64,000 nucleotides of DNA. Source: an uncultured Candidatus Binatia bacterium (lineage in GTDB: Bacteria > Desulfobacterota > Binatia > Bin18). Each line of letters begins with the position of its first letter. Position 1 is the stretch's first letter. Positions 20,304-28,998 of the stretch are shown piece by piece. Location: positions 390,135 through 454,134 of the forward strand of contig CBDBEO010000001.1 in assembly GCA_965204455.1 (NCBI GenBank), in the 5' to 3' direction. The translations under genes and the position numbers were made by a program. The notes beneath the pieces are model-generated. The model saw nothing but the letters and a program-made list of their open reading frames with translations, had not been told where the DNA came from and searched no databases.

Positions 20304-20854
20304 CGTCTGAGTCGGCGCAAATGACGGGAGAACACCCAGATGCAGACCGCGGTCAACAAGCCCGCTCCCAGGAGTGCCAGGAAGTAGCCCGAATGGAGCG
20401 GGATGCCGAGAAACAGTGTGGTCTCGCCATCCTCGAGTTTGTGCATTCCGCCGACCAGGAGGCGCCAGGCGACGAGACCCGCGACACCCGTGAAGACGAA
20501 ACTGTGCAGCGTGTCCAAGGCCGTCTTGAGGCGCGGGTGCAGTCGGGCGGTGAAGAATGCGACGACGATGTTGGCATTCTTCAGGTGGCAATAGGGGAAG
20601 AAGGCGAACACGGCGACCGCGCAGGCGAGTTCGGTCAGCTCGTAATCGCCCGGGACCGGTGCATTGAAGAGGGAGCGTCCGAGGACACTGGCCACGGTCA
20701 TTGCCATGACCCCGACCAGCAGCAGGCCGCCTGCCATTGCGACTGTCCGGGTCAGACGCTCCACACAGACGCCGAAGCGGTGGTTCATCGAATGAGAATT
20801 CTGGAGAACAGCCATAGTGCAGTCATCGTTGCCCACGACGGCCTGCTCTGTCAT
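20300..20854 (-). CDS. dctQ: TRAP transporter small permease (DctQ). The start is uncertain (20854, 20815 or 20788).
   Basis: Four TM helices and a C-terminal FLALLGAGLLTAVCIWVFSRHLRRLRR typical of DctQ. Directly upstream of and translationally coupled to dctM. Confidence 0.75.
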   Translation of the reverse strand: MTEQAVVGNDDCTMAVLQNSHSMNHRFGVCVERLTRTVAMAGGLLLVGVMAMTVASVLGRSLFNAPVPGDYELTELACAVAVFAFFPYCHLKNANIVVAFFTARLHPRLKTALDTLHSFVFTGVAGLVAWRLLVGGMHKLEDGETTLFLGIPLHSGYFLALLGAGLLTAVCIWVFSRHLRRLRR

Positions 20855-21117
20855 GTCTGGCCGCAGGCCTCAAGCAAGCGCTCAAATCAGCGTCCGGTCG
20901 ATTGCGGCTCAGTATCGCCCTCAAGACGAGAGTCAGCAAGGGGTGAGGGGGGTGTCCGTGTCGCCTGTCCGTCAGAACCGCATTGTATATTGCCCACGGG
21001 AACGTTCCGGGGACCGCGACCGACAGCTGCGCCGACACTCGGTATGAGACAGGCCTGGGACCCGCTGCCGGGGTGCTGGCCGAGCGTGTCAAAAAAATGC
21101 TAGGCTGACCGCCGTGC

Positions 21118-21191
21118 GCGCCCGTAGCTCAATTGGATAGAGCGCCGGGCTTCGAACCCGTCGGTTGGGTGTTCGAGTCACCCCGGGCGTG
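21118..21191 (+). tRNA. tRNA-Arg (anticodon UCG). The 3' CCA is not fully encoded (GCC then T).
   Basis: Cloverleaf read manually. Acceptor GCGCCCG/CGGGCGT (G1-U72 wobble). D-arm GCTC AATTGGATA GAGC. Anticodon arm CCGGG CTTCGAA CCCGT. T-arm GGGTG TTCGAGT CACCC. The D-loop resembles E. coli tRNA-Arg. Confidence 0.8.
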
Positions 21192-21223
21192 CCTTGTGTG
21201 ATGTCTGGCTAGCGGCTGTCATA

Positions 21224-22168
21224 ATGAAAAGACTCTTTGAACGCCTGAGAAAACGCTCCGCCCCGTCCGCGCCCGTCGCCTCCCCGCTCCAGGCCGAACC
21301 GTCGCGTCCGTCTCCCCCCACGGCCCGTAATAACTATATTGTCGTTATTCTCGACAGCTGTCGCTACGACACGCTGATGCGCGCCGCACCCAAGACGCTG
21401 GGTCATCTGGGTCAGGTGGAACGCCGCTGGAGCTACGCGTCGTGGACCGCGCCGTCGCACTACAACCTGCTGATGGGTCTGCTGCCCCATGCCAGCCCCG
21501 CCCAGGTCTACGCTTCGGAGTATTACAAGCAGGATTTTCTGAAATACAACGAACGCCTGGGAACACGCCAGATCGCCTTCAAAAGCTTGATTCCAGACCT
21601 GTTTCTGCCCAGTTTTCTCAAGCACACACTCGGCTATCAGACCCACGCCCTGGTCTCCCTGCCGGTGCTGAATCCGGCCACGCCGATCAATCGCGATTTT
21701 GATTCGTTCACCCTCATGCCCAAGCATAACGATATGGCCGCCATGCTGGAGCGCGTGCGCTTTTCTGCCGAGCGCCCGTCGTTTTACCTGTTGAATGTCG
21801 GCGAGACCCATTACCCCTACGCCCTGCCGGACGAGCCCGAAGACAGCTGGCCCAGGATTCACGGGGTGCACGGGGTGTTCAAGCATCTTGACGAGATGCG
21901 GGTCGGCGGCAAGCTGCGCGACGACGACGCCCCCGCGCCGTTCTTTGATCAGGACAAGCTCGACCAGTTGCGGCAGCGCCAAGTCGAGGCCGTGCGCTAC
22001 CTCGACCGGGTTTTCACCCAGCTGTTCGACACGGTCCCGGCCAATACCTACATCACCGTCACCGCCGACCACGGCGAGCTGTTTGGCGAGTCGGGCTATT
22101 TCGGCCACGGCCCCATTCAGCACGACAAGGTCTACGAAGTGCCCTTTGTCGAGGGCAAGCTGCGCTAG
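21224..22168 (+). CDS. Alkaline-phosphatase-superfamily enzyme, type I phosphodiesterase/nucleotide pyrophosphatase (ENPP)-like, cytoplasmic.
   Basis: YIVVILDSCRYDTL (metal-binding Asp region), WTAPSHYNLLMGLLP (Thr nucleophile motif T.PS..L.TGL.P), VTADHGELFGESGYFGHG (DHG motif). No signal peptide or TM segment. Confidence 0.6.
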   Translation: MKRLFERLRKRSAPSAPVASPLQAEPSRPSPPTARNNYIVVILDSCRYDTLMRAAPKTLGHLGQVERRWSYASWTAPSHYNLLMGLLPHASPAQVYASEYYKQDFLKYNERLGTRQIAFKSLIPDLFLPSFLKHTLGYQTHALVSLPVLNPATPINRDFDSFTLMPKHNDMAAMLERVRFSAERPSFYLLNVGETHYPYALPDEPEDSWPRIHGVHGVFKHLDEMRVGGKLRDDDAPAPFFDQDKLDQLRQRQVEAVRYLDRVFTQLFDTVPANTYITVTADHGELFGESGYFGHGPIQHDKVYEVPFVEGKLR

Positions 22169-22197
22169 CGGGGCGCTAGCGGACGCCGACCGCAGTC

Positions 22198-23604
22198 TTG
22201 TGGACTATGCGTGGTCGATGCGCCAGGCTCATCGTGCTGGGCGTCGGGACCGTCGCCCTGTACGGCCTGCTGACCTGGCTGAGCTTCGCCTTCGTCTATG
22301 GCCAGGGCCATGTTCAGCGGCCCATTGTGCTCTTTGTGGCGGTCTACGCCGGCATCTTCATTTGCTATGGCCTGGCCGTGTACCCCCTCCTGAGCCGCGC
22401 TGTCCAAGCGCCGCTGGGCACTGCGGTCACGCTCATTATGGTGTTCGGACTGCTGTTTCGCGCCACCCTGTTCTTTTCTCAGCCGATTCAAGAGGATGAC
22501 TTCTACCGCTATCTGTGGGACGGCGCGGTTGTGGCCGAGGGGCTGAATCCCTACCGGTTCGCCCCCTTGCGCGTGCAACAACAGCTGGACGGCGCGGCGC
22601 CTGAGACATCCCTCCAGACCTATGTCCAACTTGCCGAGCAGGATGGCCGGCTGTCGTTCGTCCTGTCGCGGGTGAATCATCCTCATATTTCGACCGTGTA
22701 TCCGCCGTTTGCCCAGGCCATCTTTGGTCTTGCGGCGTGGCTGGCGCCCGGCAGTCTGAGCGCCCTGCGGCTGGTCTTTGTGGCTTTTGACCTCGGTCTG
22801 TGCGCTTTGCTGCTGGTCCTGCTGAAGCACCTGAGGCTCAGCCCGCTGCTCCTGGTCGTCTACGCCTGGTCGCCGCTGGTCATAAAGGAAACCATGAACT
22901 CGGCCCACTACGATGTGGTGCCGACCTTCTGCGTGGTTTTGGCCGTGGTGCTGATGGTCAAGGGTCGGGACGTACTGGCCCACATCAGCCTGGCCGCAGC
23001 GGTGTTGGGCAAGCTGTATCCCGTCCTGCTCCTGCCGGTCTTCCTGGCCCGCGTGTGGAAAGCCCACGGCCGTGGTCGGGCCCTGCTCGGACTGGTGGTA
23101 GCGGCTGCGGTCCTCACGGTCGGCTACGCCCCGTTTTGGCCGGCCGGCCGGGCGCTGTGGACAGGAACCCAGACCTTTGCCGAGCAGTGGCAGACCAACA
23201 GCCTGCTTTTCCCCGGCATCGTCGCGCTGGTCGGTGAGCGCTGGCTGGCCAACGGCCTGGTCGGTCTGGGGCTGGGCGGAGTCGCCCTGCTGGTCGGTTC
23301 TCGGTTCGAGTTGGCGGATGACCGTCAGTTTGTGTGGAGTAGCGGGCTGCTGCTGGGCCTGCTGTTTCTGCTCAGTCCGGTTGGCAACCCGTGGTACTTC
23401 GTCTGTCTGGTGCCCTTTCTGACCATTTTCCCGCTCCGTTCGTGGCTGCTCTTATCCGGTTTGCTGAGCCTGTATTATGTGTCATTTTATTTTCTGTACA
23501 GGGGGCGGCTGGAAACCTTCCACGTCTGGTTGGAGTATGTGCCGTTCTATGGGATGCTGGCCTGGGAATGGTGGCAGGGAGAGTATGGCCGGCGCGAGAG
23601 CTGA
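22198..23604 (+). CDS. Polytopic membrane glycosyltransferase of GT-C fold (DUF2029/GT87-like, polyprenol-phosphate-sugar dependent).
   Basis: ~12 TM helices. First periplasmic loop with EDDFYRYLWDGAVVAEGLNPY, and VYPPFAQAIFGLAAW, both characteristic of DUF2029/PIG-M-like GT-C enzymes. Confidence 0.55.
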   Translation: MWTMRGRCARLIVLGVGTVALYGLLTWLSFAFVYGQGHVQRPIVLFVAVYAGIFICYGLAVYPLLSRAVQAPLGTAVTLIMVFGLLFRATLFFSQPIQEDDFYRYLWDGAVVAEGLNPYRFAPLRVQQQLDGAAPETSLQTYVQLAEQDGRLSFVLSRVNHPHISTVYPPFAQAIFGLAAWLAPGSLSALRLVFVAFDLGLCALLLVLLKHLRLSPLLLVVYAWSPLVIKETMNSAHYDVVPTFCVVLAVVLMVKGRDVLAHISLAAAVLGKLYPVLLLPVFLARVWKAHGRGRALLGLVVAAAVLTVGYAPFWPAGRALWTGTQTFAEQWQTNSLLFPGIVALVGERWLANGLVGLGLGGVALLVGSRFELADDRQFVWSSGLLLGLLFLLSPVGNPWYFVCLVPFLTIFPLRSWLLLSGLLSLYYVSFYFLYRGRLETFHVWLEYVPFYGMLAWEWWQGEYGRRES

Positions 23605-23608
23605 GGCA

Positions 23609-24298
23609 ATGAGTTGGACGAGGAATACACGGCGTGGGTGGCGCTGCGGAGCGCTGGTGGGTCTGATGCTGTTCGGACTGGCCGGTCGGGGGTGGGCGGC
23701 TGACGGGCCGAGTCAGGCGCTGCCGGGGCTTGTCGAGGAAAAAGGCCAAGTGCGGGTCTCGGGCCGTATTTTTCCCCGGCGTTTTAATGCCGCCCAAGGA
23801 CCCCAGGCGCGCTATCACTTCCTGGTGTGGCACAACGGCACGTCGCCCCACGCCCTGATCCAGACCCCGGTCGATGACCTCGATTTCCACGCCGCACTGC
23901 TGCGGCTGGGAGCCCGAGCGGGCACAAGCCTGCCGCTGGCCGCCTGGACCGAGCGCCACGCCCACCCCGCCTCGCACCGGACGCTGACCGGCAGCCGACT
24001 CGCCATTCGTGTCTCCTGGCAGGACAATCCGGCCGGTCTTCCGCTTGAGCGGGTCTTCAAGGACGCCGCCCTCAGTCCCCGCTTTGGCGGGAATCGCGAC
24101 CGCTGGTTCAACCGTATCCCCTTTGCCCCCCGTCCGGGCTGTCTGGTCTGCCTGTACAGCTGCCCGAGCGGCAAGGTCGGCAACGGCGCCCTGAGCATCG
24201 CCGACTATGTCGGCCAACCGATGCGCTTTGTGGCCGATACCGGCCAGCTTCCGCCGGATGGCACACCGGTCGTGGTCAGTTTCGCGCTCGGATCCTGA
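23609..24298 (+). CDS. Secreted hypothetical protein with a C-terminal Cys cluster (PGCLVCLYSCPSGK).
   Basis: GAGG RBS. Signal peptide MSWTRNTRRGWRCGALVGLMLFGLAGRGWA. No recognisable family. Confidence 0.5.
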   Translation: MSWTRNTRRGWRCGALVGLMLFGLAGRGWAADGPSQALPGLVEEKGQVRVSGRIFPRRFNAAQGPQARYHFLVWHNGTSPHALIQTPVDDLDFHAALLRLGARAGTSLPLAAWTERHAHPASHRTLTGSRLAIRVSWQDNPAGLPLERVFKDAALSPRFGGNRDRWFNRIPFAPRPGCLVCLYSCPSGKVGNGALSIADYVGQPMRFVADTGQLPPDGTPVVVSFALGS

Positions 24299-24301
24299 GC
24301 C

Positions 24302-25003
24302 ATGCCACAGACTTCTCCGCGGCTGGCCGTCATCATTCCGGCTCTCAACGAAGAGCGCTCCCTGCCGCGGGTTCTGGCCGACCTGCCCCATGAGCAGCTT
24401 GAAGAGGTGGTGGTCGTTGATAACGGCTCATCAGACACGACGGCCGAGGTCGCCCGGGCCGGCGGCGCACGCGTGCTGCACGAGGCGCGGCGGGGTTACG
24501 GCTGGGCGTGTCTGGCCGGTATCGACCACCTCAAGGCCAACCCGCCGGATATTGTCGTCTTTGTCGACGGCGATTATAGCGACCATCCGGATGAGCTGCC
24601 GGCCGTGGTCGCCCCCATCGTCTCTGGGAACTACGACATGGTGATTGGCTCACGCACCACGGGGCAGGCCCAGCCCGGCGCCCTGCTGCCGCACGCCCGC
24701 TTTGGCAATAGTCTGGCCACCGCTTTGATTCGGCTGGTGTACGGCTTTCGCTACACCGACCTGGGACCCTTTCGGGCTGTGCGTTTCCAATCCCTGCTGG
24801 AACTGGGGATGACGGACCGCACCTATGGCTGGACGGTTGAGATGCAGATCAAGGCCATTCAAAAAGGACTGCGCATCACCGAGGTTCCGGTCCGCTACCG
24901 CCGGCGCATTGGGACCTCAAAAGTCAGTGGGACGCTCAAGGGTACGCTGCTGGCCGGCTATAAGATTCTGTGGACGGTGTTTCGCTACGCCTGGAGGCCA
25001 TGA
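24302..25003 (+). CDS. GT2-family glycosyltransferase, polyprenol-phosphate sugar synthase type (DPM1/ArnC/GtrB-like).
   Basis: LAVIIPALNEERSLPRVLADL...VVVVDNGSSDTTAEVA...VVFVDGDYSDHPDELP (DxD)...DMVIGSR...FRAVRFQSL. Confidence 0.85.
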   Translation: MPQTSPRLAVIIPALNEERSLPRVLADLPHEQLEEVVVVDNGSSDTTAEVARAGGARVLHEARRGYGWACLAGIDHLKANPPDIVVFVDGDYSDHPDELPAVVAPIVSGNYDMVIGSRTTGQAQPGALLPHARFGNSLATALIRLVYGFRYTDLGPFRAVRFQSLLELGMTDRTYGWTVEMQIKAIQKGLRITEVPVRYRRRIGTSKVSGTLKGTLLAGYKILWTVFRYAWRP

Positions 25004-25320
25004 TGACCGAGACACGCGCCGAGATACGTTGGGATCTGGGCTTTGCCTATGCCGAGGTGGTGAGCCGGCTGGACACCCTGCTGAGCCGCAAACACCGCCC
25101 GTATCAGCGCGAACACACCGCCGTTGAGGCGCGCTTCCGCGCCACGCTGCCCGGTCAGGGCCGGGTTGAGCTGCGCGCCCGTCCGGTCGAGCCCTCCGGT
25201 CCGCTCAGGGTCGTCCACCAGCGGACCGTGCTGGATATTCGCTTTGAGGATCTCGACCCAGACCAGGAAAAAGCCTTTCTGCACGAGCTGAACATCGCCT
25301 TTCTGCGGCTTGGGGGCTAG
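25000..25320 (+). CDS. Hypothetical 106-aa protein translationally coupled (ATGATGA overlap) to the GT2 gene.
   Basis: ORF with good coding character (MMTETRAEIRWDLGFAYAEVVSRLDTLLSRKHRPYQREH...). No known family recognised. Confidence 0.4.
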   Translation: MMTETRAEIRWDLGFAYAEVVSRLDTLLSRKHRPYQREHTAVEARFRATLPGQGRVELRARPVEPSGPLRVVHQRTVLDIRFEDLDPDQEKAFLHELNIAFLRLGG

Positions 25321-25457
25321 AGCATTGTGCTTTTAGGTTGACGCATAGCCGGCATGGGTAAAGGAATGGCTACATTCCTCGGGCCCAAACCGGGACACAC
25401 CTATCTGCTGGCGTGAAGATCGTCGCCGACTCAATCTATTCACAGAATGCTCTAATG

Positions 25458-26132
25458 GACATCTCGGTCATCATCCCCACCCTGAACGAGGCGGCGACCA
25501 TTGGCGAAACCCTGCGCCGCTTGCGGAGCAGCGGCAGCTGTGAGGTGATTGTGGTGGACGGCGGCAGCGACGACGGCACCCCTGAGCTGGCCCGGCCTCA
25601 GGCTGACCTGGTGCTGTCGGCAGGGCGCGGACGGGCCACACAGATGAATGTCGGGGCGCGGGCGGCGAGCGGTCAGGTGTTGCTGTTTCTGCACGCCGAT
25701 ACGGTCTTGCCGCCCGACTTTCCGGCGCTGCTCGAAAACGCGCTGCGCAACCCCCGGGTCGTGGGCGGTCGCTTTGACGTGCGGCTCGACGCCGAGGGCC
25801 GGCTGTTCCGGATCATTGAGACACTGATGAACCTCCGCTCACGCCTGTCGCGAATTGCGACCGGCGATCAGGCTATTTTTGTGCGTAGCCGGACCTTCCG
25901 AGAACTGGGCGGCTATCGGGAGGCCGAGTTGATGGAGGATCTGGAGCTGAGCTATCGGCTCAAACGGCAGGGCGAACTGGCCTGTCTGCGCGAGCGGGTG
26001 GTGACCTCGGCCCGGCGCTGGCAGCGGGACGGCATTGTGCGGACCATCGGGCTGATGTGGCTGCTGCGCTTGTTGTATTTTATCGGCGTCTCACCGAGCT
26101 ATCTGAAGACGTTTTACGCCGATACGCGCTGA
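25458..26132 (+). CDS. GT2-family glycosyltransferase resembling the TIGR04283 subgroup.
   Basis: ISVIIPTLNEAATIGETLRRL...EVIVVDGGSDDGT...GRGRATQMNVGARAASGQVLLFLHADTVLPPDF...GDQAIFVRSRTFRELGGYREAELMEDLELSYRL...TSARRWQRDGIVRT. Confidence 0.7.
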   Translation, partial: DISVIIPTLNEAATIGETLRRLRSSGSCEVIVVDGGSDDGTPELARPQADLVLSAGRGRATQMNVGARAASGQVLLFLHADTVLPPDFPALLENALRNPRVVGGRFDVRLDAEGRLFRIIETLMNLRSRLSRIATGDQAIFVRSRTFRELGGYREAELMEDLELSYRLKRQGELACLRERVVTSARRWQRDGIVRTIGLMWLLRLLYFIGVSPSYLKTFYADTR

Positions 26133-26180
26133 GCCGGAGCGGCGCGGAGCGGGGAAGATCCGCGCCGCGCCCGGTGGCGC

Positions 26181-27104
26181 CTACTGTAGAGAGCCCTCGT
26201 AGATACTCATGACCGTATCGAGGAATCTGAGCCCGTCCTCTTTTGTGCGCTGGAAGGAGTTGCGGCCGATAATCGAGCCAAACCCGCCACCGTCACGAAT
26301 TGCCCGGACCTCGCCGAAGAATTCCTCGTCGCCCTTGGCCGGTCCGCCCGAGAAGATCACAATCCGTTTGCTGTTGAACGCGCTCTGGACGACATGCCGG
26401 ATACGCTCGGCCAGGCTGTCAATCGGCACGTGATAGCGCTGGTAGGCTTTTTGGGCGTCGGCCAACTCGATGTGGGCCGAGGGCGGCTTGACCTTGATGA
26501 TATGCGCCCCGAGCTGAGCCGCAATCTGGGCCGCGTAGGCGACCACGTCCACCGCAGTCTCCCCGGCCTTGCTCAGATCGCTGCCCCGCGGGTAGGACCA
26601 CACCACAACGGCCAGCCCCTTGGATTTGGCCTCCTTGGTGATCTCGCGCAGCTGCTCATACATGGTTTGGGCTGCCGACGAGCCGGGGTAGATGGTGAAG
26701 CCGACTGCGGCACAGCCCAGCCGCAGGGCGTCATCGACACTGCTGGTCACGGCCGACAGGGGATCTTTTTCATCGTGCAGCACGTCGTGGTTGTTGAGCT
26801 TGAGAATGGTTGGAATCCGATCCAGAAAGGCATCAGCTCCGGCTTCGATGAATCCCAGCGGCGCGGCATAGGCGTTACAGCCGGCGTCGAGCGCCAGCTG
26901 GAAATGGTAGTCGGGATCATAACCGGACGGATTCGGGGCAAAGCTGCGCGCCGGACCATGCTCGAAGCCCTGATCGACCGGCAGGATGACCAGTCTGCCG
27001 GTGCCGGCCAGGCGGCCGCTGTTGAGCAGACGGGCAATGTTGGCGCGGGTGCCCGGATTGTCGCCCTCATACCAACTCAGAATCTCACGAACACGTTCGG
27101 TCAT
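26181..27104 (-). CDS. fbaB: Fructose-bisphosphate aldolase, class I (archaeal-type DhnA/FbaB family).
   Basis: RLVILPVDQGFEHGP..., IIKVKPP (Schiff-base Lys region), GAHIIKVK, VIFSGGP. Confidence 0.85.
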   Translation of the reverse strand: MTERVREILSWYEGDNPGTRANIARLLNSGRLAGTGRLVILPVDQGFEHGPARSFAPNPSGYDPDYHFQLALDAGCNAYAAPLGFIEAGADAFLDRIPTILKLNNHDVLHDEKDPLSAVTSSVDDALRLGCAAVGFTIYPGSSAAQTMYEQLREITKEAKSKGLAVVVWSYPRGSDLSKAGETAVDVVAYAAQIAAQLGAHIIKVKPPSAHIELADAQKAYQRYHVPIDSLAERIRHVVQSAFNSKRIVIFSGGPAKGDEEFFGEVRAIRDGGGFGSIIGRNSFQRTKEDGLRFLDTVMSIYEGSLQ

Positions 27105-27158
27105 ATGACTCCCTCCCTTCGGATATCGAATACGGACAAGAACGGCTGAGGCAAACAC

Positions 27159-27890
27159 TCAGGCTGCTAACAAGGCTTGCAGCACCGCGCGTAACTCCTC
27201 AGCCAGGGTGATCGTTTGCCGGGCCTGCCGGGTGGTGACTGCGGCATGGGCATCGTACCGTGCGCTGTTGCGGAACTGGAGCGCCTGATTCAGCCCGCGT
27301 CCCAGTTTTCGTTCGACCTTAGCCGTCTGGACATACATTTCGCCAAATTTTTGCACGAGACCGCCGTGCGTACGCGGCAATGGCTGTTGGTTCAGAATCA
27401 AGAGCCCCTTGACACATAATTCCGCAGCGTTGTAGCCCGCATCGACCGTTCCACGTAGCTGCTCGCCTTCGAGATCATAGCGGGCGAGATCGATATATTC
27501 CTCGGCCAGCCGCAGGGCGTTCTGTGCCCCTTTTCGGGCCAACTCATCCTCTGCCATGCTGTATACCTCTTCCCCTTCCCGGAGCGCTCGGGTCAGGAAA
27601 TACGAGTCGGTATAAAAAAGCGTATCGGCATCCCGAATGAGGGGCTCCACACTTTCCTGCTTTTCGATACCACTACACAGCGACGCTTCGGCGCAGGCTT
27701 CCGATACCTTGTCGAGCCTGTCGGTGGCGAAGACTAGCAGATCGATGTCGCTGTCAGCCCGAGCCTCTCCCCGGGCCAGGCTGCCAAAGAGCACTACTTT
27801 GGCAATAGCATCCTTGACCTCACTGCGACGCAGGTGGGTGATAAAGAAATCGAGCGCCTGTCTTTTTTTGAGGACGGCGTGTGGGTTCAT
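27159..27890 (-). CDS. Fused minimal nucleotidyltransferase (MNT) and HEPN-domain protein.
   Basis: N-terminus KVVLFGSLARGEARADSDIDLLVF (GS...D.D NTase motif). C-terminus YNAAELCVKGLLILNQQPLPRTHGGLVQKFGEMY...LQFRNSARYDAHA (HEPN-like, R..H region). Overlaps the fbp stop by 4 nt and lies immediately upstream of fba. Confidence 0.7.
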   Translation of the reverse strand: MNPHAVLKKRQALDFFITHLRRSEVKDAIAKVVLFGSLARGEARADSDIDLLVFATDRLDKVSEACAEASLCSGIEKQESVEPLIRDADTLFYTDSYFLTRALREGEEVYSMAEDELARKGAQNALRLAEEYIDLARYDLEGEQLRGTVDAGYNAAELCVKGLLILNQQPLPRTHGGLVQKFGEMYVQTAKVERKLGRGLNQALQFRNSARYDAHAAVTTRQARQTITLAEELRAVLQALLAA

Positions 27891-28912
27891 GCCTGACGTG
27901 GTCTTGCCTGGTCTTCGTGGTAAAACGATTCTGCGGTCTGCACGTCCTGGGCGCTGCCGATGATCAGCGGCGTCCGTTGATGGAGGCTGTCGGGGACGAT
28001 ATCGCGGATGGGCTGGGTGCCGTCACTGGCCCGACCGCCGGCCTGTTCAACCACAAAGCCGAGCGGGGCGGCCTCGTACATGAGCCGCAGCTTGCCCCTG
28101 GCGTTCTTGGGGTCGGCCGGGTAGAGGAAGACGCCGCCCTTGAGCAGGGTGCGGTGAAAGTCGGCCACCAGGGAGCCGATATAGCGACCCGAGTAGGGCC
28201 GCTTGGTCTGGCTGTCGGTCTCTTGCAGATGGTCGATATAGGCGCGGGTCGGGGGGAACCAGGTATTGCGACGGCCCTCGTTGATGCTGTAGGTCGAACC
28301 GCGCTGCGGAATACGGATATGTTCGTGGGACAGCAGAAAGTCGCCAATGCTGCGGTCCAGGGTGAAGCCGTGCACGCCCTGGCCGGTGGTGTAGACCAGC
28401 GTCGTGCTGGGGCCGTACAGGGCGTAGCCGGCCGCCACCTGACCCCGACCGCGCAGATGCAGGGCGTCCACCAGCGCGGTGCCTTTTTTCCCCTCCGGGC
28501 GACGGTGGACCGAAAAGATAGAGCCGACCGTCACATTGACATCCAGGTTTGACGAGCCGTCGAGCGGATCGACAAAAATGACGTATTTGCCTTTGTCCTC
28601 GTTGCCCTGGATTGGGGTCGGATGCTCCATTTCCTCGGAGACCATCTCGGACACCAGCTGGCCGTCGGCAAAGGCGGCCAGGAAGGCATCGTTGCTGATC
28701 TGGTCGAGCTTTTGTTGGACTTCACCCTGGATATTGATCTCGCCCGAGGCGCCCAAGACGTCGACCAGGCCGGCCCGGCCGAGTTCTCGGGAGATTGTTT
28801 TGGCCGCAAACGCGATTTGCGACAACAGCATGGAGAACTCTCCGGTCGCGCCCGGATGCTCGCGCTGCTGCATCAACAGATAACGGGTCAGCGTGATGCT
28901 GCTACTCTCCAT
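27887..28912 (-). CDS. fbp: Fructose-1,6-bisphosphatase class 1.
   Basis: TRYLLMQQREHPGATGEFSMLLSQIAFAAK..., VDPLDGSSNLDVNV, YPADPKNARGKLRLMYEAAP. Confidence 0.95.
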   Translation of the reverse strand: MESSSITLTRYLLMQQREHPGATGEFSMLLSQIAFAAKTISRELGRAGLVDVLGASGEINIQGEVQQKLDQISNDAFLAAFADGQLVSEMVSEEMEHPTPIQGNEDKGKYVIFVDPLDGSSNLDVNVTVGSIFSVHRRPEGKKGTALVDALHLRGRGQVAAGYALYGPSTTLVYTTGQGVHGFTLDRSIGDFLLSHEHIRIPQRGSTYSINEGRRNTWFPPTRAYIDHLQETDSQTKRPYSGRYIGSLVADFHRTLLKGGVFLYPADPKNARGKLRLMYEAAPLGFVVEQAGGRASDGTQPIRDIVPDSLHQRTPLIIGSAQDVQTAESFYHEDQARPRQA

Positions 28913-28998
28913 CTTGTACCCTCCCGAAAAAGAACTGTCCCTTTTTCCCTACTGTACTACAGCACGGCGCGCCGGTCCAAAAGGGGGGCGGGCAAAAC

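Noticed and set aside
21118-27000. Integrative island (prophage/ICE) at tRNA-Arg
   Set aside because: No integrase, excisionase or phage gene. GC content is host-like. No repeat of the tRNA 3' end was noticed by eye. Treated as a tRNA-adjacent gene cluster only.
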